From a virus (lineage: Duplodnaviria; Caudoviricetes), in IMG/VR virus record IMGVR_UViG_3300020044_001295, positions 1-29,706 of that record: a DNA stretch of 29,706 nt; one strand, 5' to 3'. The translations under genes and the position numbers were made by a program. A model generated the notes under the pieces. It had not been told where the DNA came from. It was given only the letters and a program-made list of their open reading frames with translations, and did not search any database. Below are positions 15,601-21,414 of the stretch, one piece after another (the first letter of the stretch is position 1; each line of letters begins with the position of its first letter).

Positions 15601-18600
15601 GCTAAGCCAAGACCCATAGAGGCAATACTCTTGTCGCCCTTGGTCAAGCCATAGTCACCCACACGGGTTTTCTCAAGCTTGCCGTTCTCGCTAAGCAGTG
15701 TGCCGATGTTGTGTTCCCGCTTGAGCAGGCCACGCACTTGCTTTAAACGAGCTTTCTTATCTGCTGGGGACATGTCGTTGTACTCAGCCACAGCATCGCC
15801 CATACGTTGAGCCATATCTGCGTCGGAGAATGTATCGACGATGCCTTCCTTGCGGGACTTCTGAATGCTAGACAGGTTCATCTTGCGGTTAAAGAACTCG
15901 CCCTGTGCTATTGGCACATAGAAGTCTTTGCGACCGTCTTGATATTCCACATCATCAATCTGAAGCAGAGACGGATTGATGTTTAAAAGCACCGTGCTGC
16001 CGTCAAATTCTTGATCAAAGTTGCCGGGCTTATTGACAATCTTGCCACCGTTAGATTCGTTAGTCAGATAGATGCGTGAGCGACCTTCTGCAAGGATCTT
16101 CTTGGAGGCATTAAGCTTGACGGCGTTGTCCTTGGTGGTGTGGTAGTACACCGTGACTGTGCCGTCCTTGTTTAAAGGGATGCCAAGCACAGGATCAATG
16201 CCGTATTTATCTGCGGTCTTGAGGGAGTACTTGGTTGCAGGCGTAGTCAGGGGCAGATCTAAACGGCCTTCTGATACGTAGGGCAGGATGCCGTTCTTCA
16301 GGGCGTACTTCTCAGCCTTCTCCACATCTTCAACTGAAGCTTTCCATGCGTTCTCTTGCGACGGCACGTTCTTGGGGGATGGCTTGAGCTTACCGGCTTC
16401 GGCTTGACCAAAGATATCCTTGTAGGTTTGGAAGCCACGACCGGACAGGTAGTTGCTCAACGCATCAAAGAAGTTGCGCATCTTATTCAAAAGCGCAGAC
16501 AACATGCCGGGAGGCGCTTTGGAAGAATCAAAGTCACCAAACGCATCAGCGATGGCTTCTTCCATGATGTCAGCATCAGAAAGACCAAGCTTTTGATACG
16601 CTTCATAACGGGTCACAACTGTGCCGTCATCAAGGGTAGCCTTCTTCGACTTCAGATACTTGTTGATCCACTGATCCTTAGCCATGCGCTCCAAGGCTTT
16701 CCACTGCTGTGGCGTGAAGAAGCCTAGTTCTTTTAGAGCGTGTAGCGCCTCATGGCGCATAGTGCGGATAGGGTTCTGCGCATCGACTGCGAGTTGAATA
16801 ACCTTGGCGGCATATGAGCCGTCGGCTTGGTTCTCGATTGCCTTGACAATATTCAAGGCTACATCGCCAAGACCAAACTTGTCGAGCGTCTTGCGTAAAT
16901 CTTGAGTCAGCTTCTTTATCTCAGCAGTCTCAGTGACGGGCTTCTCTTGTTCAATCTTGCCAAGGACTTCAGAGACCTTTTTACCCTTAGCGGGGGGCGC
17001 ACTACGGCGACGGTTCTGTTCAGCCGCCGCACGGTTAGCCAAGCCACCAAACTTCTTGTCAGATACCAAAGCATCTAGGGCATCGTCAGACAGGTCTGCA
17101 AGGATGCTTTCCTCTGCCGCTTCACGGGTTGGGAATGTGCCCGTCTCTTTACCTTCTTTGGTAATCGTGTAACCGGTACGGGCAACAGGTTTAGAGCCAA
17201 CAGGCTTAGATGTAAGCTTGGCTGTTAAGCCTTCAATTTCTTTGTAGAGAGCATCAATGCGCTTACCAAGAAGATCTTCCTTGGCGGCTTGACGTGTTCT
17301 CTTCTGCTTGTATAGATCGCTGTCAAAATCCCCAGCCGCTTCCATCTTCTCAAGCTCACGCTTGCCTTGATTGACTGTGTCTTCGTACTTCATTACTTCT
17401 TGAAGCTTTTCAGCGGCAATCTCTTGGCGGTCTGCGGATAGCTGATCAATCTTGCCCTGCACCGCTACTTTATCCAAAACAGTGGGGAACGGCTTACCGC
17501 CAGCTTCAGAAGTGATTTGGTAGCCTTCAGGCTCTTCACCCTCTTTAAACTGACGTTCGGTAATGTCATAACCTGCGGGTAAACCCGCACGTGGTTTAGA
17601 TGGAATAACGGGCGCAGCCTTGGGAGCTACCTGCGTCAACGTGGCTTCACGAACGTTTAAACCCTGCTTTTTAGCAGCAGCATCCGCTGCGGCGCGTGTT
17701 GGGTACGTTGAAACAAGCTGGTCATTCTCTGGCTTGTATGTTCTGTAAACGGTCTGTTTGTCTTCGGTCAGGTCACCGTTTTTAACTGCGGTGTCAAGAA
17801 CTGCACGGGCATCACGGTCTGTCTCAAGGTTGGTAGCTTCCTTGATTTCAGTGAGGATCGTATCCACTGAGAGGGGTTTGCCGCCACGCTCATTGAACGT
17901 CAGGCCAACCATCTTGACTGCGTTGTCGTACTGCGACTGTTTAAACCGAGATGCGTTAGTGCCTTCTGGCAAAACAATTTGCTGCCCGGTCAAGTTGGCC
18001 GGCATGTCAGCTAATGCTGTAAACGCGGCATATAGCTGCGGCTCAGACATCTCTTGTAGGTTGTTTACACCGGTGGTGCGGGCTAGGAAGTCGTTGAAAC
18101 CTTTGGTTCCTGTGGCAACGTTCTTCTCGATGGCGGCATTCTCCACATCCTTAGAGGTAAAGTTCTGCTCACCGGTATAACCGGTCTTGGCGGCAAGGAT
18201 GGAATCCAAAGCGGCCTTCTCGCCCTCTGGATTAACCGCAGTCATTGCGTCTTTAACGTCCTCAATAGAGTATGTCTTGAGACGTGGTAGTCCGTTGTCC
18301 TTGCGGTACTGATTAAGATAGCTTGTGACTTCAGGGCCAAGTTCATCGGGCGTAAGATTGCCGATGGGGTTCTGAAGAATAGGCTCTTCTTTTTCCGGAA
18401 TGATAGTAGATGCAGGGGCAGGTAACGCCAACAACTCTTCGCCTACGCCAAATTGTTTTTTGGTTGCATCAAGCTTAGCCTGCTCAGCCGCAATGGCTTC
18501 ACGTTGTTGCTTGGCGTATTCTTCTTTGCCGGCCATCTCGTTGGCAACGTACTCCTTGCGCATAGAAGACAGCTTGGCGGGGGAAGTCACTGCACCTAAG

Positions 18601-19574
18601 CCACCACCGATTAACAGATCATTGATGGCCTGAGCGGCTACGCCTTTGAGTAAGTCGGTCTCAAGTCCGGCTTGATTCAAGGCAACGTTAGTACCAACTT
18701 GTCCCGTTGTAGCTTGGATAGCTTCGGGGACTGCCTCCTCCACCACATTCTTGCGCAAGGCTTGACCAAATGTAGGCTCAGGCAAACCTTTGGTAGCCTT
18801 ATCAACCTTGGGAGCGGCTCTACCAAGGGAGCCAAGCGCACGTTCAATACCAAGAGCGCCTTCTAAACCGCCAACCGCAGTAGAAGCGGCTTGACGTGGC
18901 AAGTTTTGTAACGAGTATTCTGCGGCTCTTTGAGCTAAGCGTTCTGCTTCAGGCTCAGAGTAGCCTTTAGCTAACAGTTCTTGTTTAACCACTTCATAGT
19001 CTTGGCCCTTCTGACCGCCAAGACCCATCAATCCACCAATGCCTGTTGCAGGATTCTTAGCGGCTGAAAGTGCTCTTGCACCTAAACCAACACGTCCCGC
19101 TGTAGCGGCGGCGGCGGCAGGAGGAGCCAAGAAGCTACCCGCAATAATAGGGGCGCTAGAGAATAAAGCTTGAATACCGGCTTGTAGGGGGGCTTCAGAC
19201 AAACCGCCCAAGACAGCTTTAATTTCTTCAACAGTATTGCCTTCTGCGGCCTTCTTAATCTCTTCACGACGAGCAATCTCAGCCTGACGCTCAGGAGTCA
19301 TTGACTCACCGGCGGCTTGTTGGATGTCTCCAAGAAATTTAGAGGCTGTATTGCCTGCGCCTGCAAGGTCAGTTAAAGCTTTAATACCACCTGCCAAACC
19401 TTGGCCTGCGGAGAGGGCTAAGTCTTTGGTAGAAAAAGCGGCAGTCTTAGGTTCTGCTTTAGCACCGTAGACTTGTTCTGAAATTAACTGCTCTGCCTGT
19501 GCCGGTGTCAGACCAGCCGGGACTTCGAATCTACCAATCCTGCCATCCGGCATCTGAAAACGAGCTATGGGCAT
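9672..19574 (-). CDS. Large polyvalent protein, 3300 aa (probable virion-delivered): HEXXH metallopeptidase, ART-like, GP88-like, two ParB/Srx-like, two ART-PolyVal-like modules, LPD38-like C-terminus
   Basis: HEALH aa 941 plus EEAIADAF; YYHTT...IYLTN aa ~1143; CPQSAICEGLC...IRLNVTSD...FYDYTK...HLTYS aa ~1337 onward; VDGNHR; two YHGT...PxY...NP...QxKSAIGN units; HEGRNR; C-terminal PFLNARMQG...IPFEVG...NYSFFTGRPIV. Last gene of the structural operon. Confidence 0.85.
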   Translation of the reverse strand: MPIARFQMPDGRIGRFEVPAGLTPAQAEQLISEQVYGAKAEPKTAAFSTKDLALSAGQGLAGGIKALTDLAGAGNTASKFLGDIQQAAGESMTPERQAEIARREEIKKAAEGNTVEEIKAVLGGLSEAPLQAGIQALFSSAPIIAGSFLAPPAAAAATAGRVGLGARALSAAKNPATGIGGLMGLGGQKGQDYEVVKQELLAKGYSEPEAERLAQRAAEYSLQNLPRQAASTAVGGLEGALGIERALGSLGRAAPKVDKATKGLPEPTFGQALRKNVVEEAVPEAIQATTGQVGTNVALNQAGLETDLLKGVAAQAINDLLIGGGLGAVTSPAKLSSMRKEYVANEMAGKEEYAKQQREAIAAEQAKLDATKKQFGVGEELLALPAPASTIIPEKEEPILQNPIGNLTPDELGPEVTSYLNQYRKDNGLPRLKTYSIEDVKDAMTAVNPEGEKAALDSILAAKTGYTGEQNFTSKDVENAAIEKNVATGTKGFNDFLARTTGVNNLQEMSEPQLYAAFTALADMPANLTGQQIVLPEGTNASRFKQSQYDNAVKMVGLTFNERGGKPLSVDTILTEIKEATNLETDRDARAVLDTAVKNGDLTEDKQTVYRTYKPENDQLVSTYPTRAAADAAAKKQGLNVREATLTQVAPKAAPVIPSKPRAGLPAGYDITERQFKEGEEPEGYQITSEAGGKPFPTVLDKVAVQGKIDQLSADRQEIAAEKLQEVMKYEDTVNQGKRELEKMEAAGDFDSDLYKQKRTRQAAKEDLLGKRIDALYKEIEGLTAKLTSKPVGSKPVARTGYTITKEGKETGTFPTREAAEESILADLSDDALDALVSDKKFGGLANRAAAEQNRRRSAPPAKGKKVSEVLGKIEQEKPVTETAEIKKLTQDLRKTLDKFGLGDVALNIVKAIENQADGSYAAKVIQLAVDAQNPIRTMRHEALHALKELGFFTPQQWKALERMAKDQWINKYLKSKKATLDDGTVVTRYEAYQKLGLSDADIMEEAIADAFGDFDSSKAPPGMLSALLNKMRNFFDALSNYLSGRGFQTYKDIFGQAEAGKLKPSPKNVPSQENAWKASVEDVEKAEKYALKNGILPYVSEGRLDLPLTTPATKYSLKTADKYGIDPVLGIPLNKDGTVTVYYHTTKDNAVKLNASKKILAEGRSRIYLTNESNGGKIVNKPGNFDQEFDGSTVLLNINPSLLQIDDVEYQDGRKDFYVPIAQGEFFNRKMNLSSIQKSRKEGIVDTFSDADMAQRMGDAVAEYNDMSPADKKARLKQVRGLLKREHNIGTLLSENGKLEKTRVGDYGLTKGDKSIASMGLGLASAQQITEKISSCPQSAICEGLCLGETSGGNFLYGGAASEDAQGISKSSFRAGPRMMQYLKTEALVVHPEEFAVLLSHEISMFEKWSAKETERKKNKDTGAMDTLEKEVYQPAIRLNVTSDFRPKMWLPIFEAHPDTMFYDYTKMNGDKVADNHHLTYSSTGVGQIIDGEKVSHKTNNWNSMRGRLDRGDNVAMAFSSKSALPDTVVDEETGKTYQVWDGDNYDARFLDPKPGEEGNLFKQGMIIGLRNKASTLKEKTAAKETDGFFVEYDPKQDGKSVTILDQAQFGFKSSKKVIPIAKMSLREAPEKQAFSGKPQVLPDAVKSQLRDAWMNDSTTSIPIEMLSIPKQTLDGVLENFKRSRYSKSTGAVDVWLQSDGHLLVVDGNHRYVKAVLDGASDVEVNLLGEGYSDSYVEVTDKNGVSATPSAKFSLRTPAQEELIKDGQERQALLDQFSPELMDKLQKYIETNQSVLDADAQVGRYEGKDKQRLKMQDGRALRSYENAFESEFPDSDITAASMFSFANRDGRWSNYDALVTPKFSLREAPDTPEFKQWFGSSTIVNEDGTPKMMYHGTDKDVTSFERKTGRGAPIFLTDDPTFARRFAIDSVIESANNARQVLTEAQMAQGQKEAIAAIRKDYKSMPEGKEMIDSIKADKPTAEAKEYLRKAYKPMLPSGPNIMPVYVKAENPFDYENPEHVKLLLDKRYPLIPWEGTSIETKTKNGDWEILELPDYQDAIKQLGFDSFYVKEDSRKNLAVYKPTQVKSAIGNVGTYDISNPDVRYSLREAPDTPEFKRWFSGSKFVNADGTPKVLYHGTKSDVDTFKVGNGTFGRGIYVTEDPDRTKQYTGGYGKFGETMGPDGGNVMPIYVRMVNPKVIDTDIFKVRPADGSKMSRDEAAEYITNQAIAEGHDGLVSMLGDKVWEAVVFNPYQIKSAIGNTGAYSRANPDIRYSLRGAMTDERLDRVVNEYARNDGKVSAGITWMRPQDFLDAVNSREYQEYMAKQQTKYGAPNLGQEGSMYLIVDDDGRIIGHEGRNRMLELMKQGVERTAVIVRRYNPSDKPLPTALAPQKYSDEMRDDWGFRTAFVNPTPITNKNEPLLRQMYANKEDVRFSVRNVEDEISKLPNGVALNASIDRLTTKREQKGFIERIFQAFTPDTVDALRQQWLNRYERLSTYDKRLAEQMGGPALLADASAESAALMSDNANAIAAQAIGMSGEGGIPVFKNGYTTIDTSVKGLMEILKPLAEVGDPRIYQTYQFWAGAKRGTRLLASGRDHTYSPAEIAYAKELEKKYPMFEQVQKDWIKYNDGLVAYQVATGVLSPERAAEYTKYADYIPFYRQFEGQDTLGPKIFQSISGVKPPKKLKGIKEEQEAPLADFLETLVRNTQAAVQAGMKNTAAQRAVGIAVQLKEAERLDKVTARPGTVTVLENGKPVSYEVADQLFVDAVKSLNIPELPFLSILSAPANALRNLVTKDPGFMMANLMRDSLSAWVTSGHKMTPVASTISNFASAIGGKDPAFLALKRAGVIGGYEFAQDVETSGDLIGKRLRRATGTQTGVEKGLRPFNSLWEGLEKGTEASDAATRMAVYKSVMDRTGNEAEAIFRAMEVMNFNRKGNLAVVRILTAAVPFLNARMQGLDVFYRAGISPTIRKFMFGESPTDQQKALQKTFFIRGATLTALTSMYWMLTHDDEEYKRQEQEVRDNNWILPSAGVRVPIPFEVGVLFKVIPERILEYSFGDDTGKDLSQAMGRALQSTFAFNPIPQTFLPLEEARTNYSFFTGRPIVGQGMEGVAPEYQVGPSTTKIAQAIGNNLGVSPMKVDHVIQGYTGTMGMYLVDAIDSILSSNDASPKADKRFEQMPVIKRFAVDKAAKGTVSAYYDLKNSVDEVVRTVNLLERTGKVEDIEAYMTKNAPMFAAQDYVKAIESEMKGLREALVQVRSSDMSGAEKRDAINELTEAQNQLTSQIKLFKKEISKSN

Positions 19575-19585
19575 ATCAGCAAACC

Positions 19586-21403
19586 TTATTCATAACCTAC
19601 AAATTTAACTTTCCCTGTAGAGGGTGATGTTACCGCACTAGGCAACCCTGCGCCACCTGTGCCACGTGCATCGGCAATATCTTTTTCCATCATTGCAGCT
19701 TGACGTTTAAACAACGGGCTATCAGGGCTGAGGAACTTCATAGTCCCAGCGTATTTGGCTCGAATTGCCGCAACTGCTTTTTCAGTGGCCGCATCGTTTT
19801 TACCTTCAGCAACAGAAGTCTGACCCGCATACGTAGCAACAGCGGCACGTTTAATTGCTTCCTCTATGGATATAGTTGGATTGTCCTTCTTAATAAGAAG
19901 GGCACGTCCAAGCAAGTCATCTCGATTACCGGCAGACGCACTAATGCCGGCTTTACGGATTTCGTTCTTGCGGTCAAGCTCTTTTTGCAAGCCTTGCTCA
20001 ATCAACTTCCGAGTCTCATCTTCGGACAAACCAAGCTGCTTAGCGGCATCCGACTTCTCTTTGACGACGCGATCTTTCTCTGCTTGCGTAAGGTCAAACA
20101 TGCCTTTCTTCTCGGCAAACTGAGCTTCAGACTTCTTAGCACCCAACTCAAGGATCTTGTCCATGAGTTCATTTTGCTTGCCCTCGCGAGTAAGTTGCAG
20201 TTGTCTTTGACGGGTAGCACCCGCAGAGCCGGATTCAGCAGATGTTCGTCCACCAGCTAAAGCAACTTGCTCTAAATACTCCATCATTGCGTCATAGCCT
20301 GCTTTGGGAGCGTTAAGCTTTTGCTTACGTGCCTCAAGCTCTGCGGCTGTTCGGTCATAGATGGACAGATCACGAGCGCCAACTTCCTTGTCGTACAACG
20401 CTCTCTTGGCTGCGGCTATTGCGTTCTCATCTTGGTTAAGAAGTTTTCGCTGGTAGTCCAAGCCGGGAGTGGCAAGTGAAGAAGCCAAACCTTGCAAACC
20501 AGCAGGCATAGGAGCACTGTCTACGTTTACACGGTTAGTCCCTTGTGTTGCAGATGGCCGAGGCGCATTAACTTTAGTTGGCGGAACTGCTTCTGCACTA
20601 GGCGTAGCGGCAAGGTTAAATAGCTTGCTAGTTTCTGCGGCTAGGGCTTCTTCAGCGGCATTGGGACGTGAATCAGCGGCATATGTTTTAAACGTGGGTG
20701 TGCCTGCTTTGGGGTATGTTGGCGTAATTTCTCCGCTATCAGCCACTTGACCCGCCTGTGATTTTAATAAAGCAAACTGCTTTAAACGTTCGGCACGTTG
20801 TGTTGGTGTTAATGATTCAAAAAATCCGGGGGCTGCGGCTTCTTTTTCAGATTTTAATTTTCCGTAATCTACGGTGCGTTGAACGCCACCACTTATAGCA
20901 TTTGCAATTGCCCGCATAAAATCACCGGCGGCAGAGGTTGATTTTTCTTCTTTTTTCTCTTCTGGGTCTTGCACGGAAGAAGTTTTTGTACCATCAAAAC
21001 CAATGATGCCGCCTTCGGCATAGGCTTCGCCTATGTTAGCGCGTAGGGCATCAAGACCTTGAGGCTGATCTTTAGGCTGTGGTGTTCCGGGCGGCAAGAC
21101 GGGCGGCTGTTGCTGTAAACGCTGTTGCTCACGAGCCATCTGCATCATGCGAGCTTGCAACGCTTGCTGGGCAAGTTGCTGAGTGTTCTGCGCCACGGTA
21201 GGCATATTGGTTGGAATCTGTAGGGCTTGTTGAATGCCCATAGCTTCTTTACCTTCGGCAATGTCGTTTAAAGCCATCAACTGACGCAGATCTTTGGGGA
21301 TACCACCATTTTGTTTTTTGTCTTGATCGACCTTACGTGCCAACGGAGCAGGGTTGCCCTGATACGCAGATGCAATTTTTTCAGGGGACGGTTGTGTAAA
21401 CAT
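19586..21403 (-). CDS. Putative internal virion (DNA ejection) protein
   Basis: 605 aa, A/Q/K-rich and helical, no Cys; YAEGGIIGF motif; located between the tail gene and the giant protein. Confidence 0.6.
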   Translation of the reverse strand: MFTQPSPEKIASAYQGNPAPLARKVDQDKKQNGGIPKDLRQLMALNDIAEGKEAMGIQQALQIPTNMPTVAQNTQQLAQQALQARMMQMAREQQRLQQQPPVLPPGTPQPKDQPQGLDALRANIGEAYAEGGIIGFDGTKTSSVQDPEEKKEEKSTSAAGDFMRAIANAISGGVQRTVDYGKLKSEKEAAAPGFFESLTPTQRAERLKQFALLKSQAGQVADSGEITPTYPKAGTPTFKTYAADSRPNAAEEALAAETSKLFNLAATPSAEAVPPTKVNAPRPSATQGTNRVNVDSAPMPAGLQGLASSLATPGLDYQRKLLNQDENAIAAAKRALYDKEVGARDLSIYDRTAAELEARKQKLNAPKAGYDAMMEYLEQVALAGGRTSAESGSAGATRQRQLQLTREGKQNELMDKILELGAKKSEAQFAEKKGMFDLTQAEKDRVVKEKSDAAKQLGLSEDETRKLIEQGLQKELDRKNEIRKAGISASAGNRDDLLGRALLIKKDNPTISIEEAIKRAAVATYAGQTSVAEGKNDAATEKAVAAIRAKYAGTMKFLSPDSPLFKRQAAMMEKDIADARGTGGAGLPSAVTSPSTGKVKFVGYE

Positions 21404-21414
21404 TTATGTGTCCT

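Noticed and set aside
10229-18866. Numerous 60-230 aa ORFs overlapping the giant gene (e.g. 10344..11039, 13512..14069)
   Set aside because: Antisense or alternate-frame shadows of a long, motif-rich CDS.
9672-19574. Giant ORF as virion RNA polymerase, tape measure or DarB-type methylase/helicase
   Set aside because: I could not find RNAP catalytic motifs, methyltransferase motifs or helicase Walker/DExD motifs; the content matches a polyvalent effector protein.
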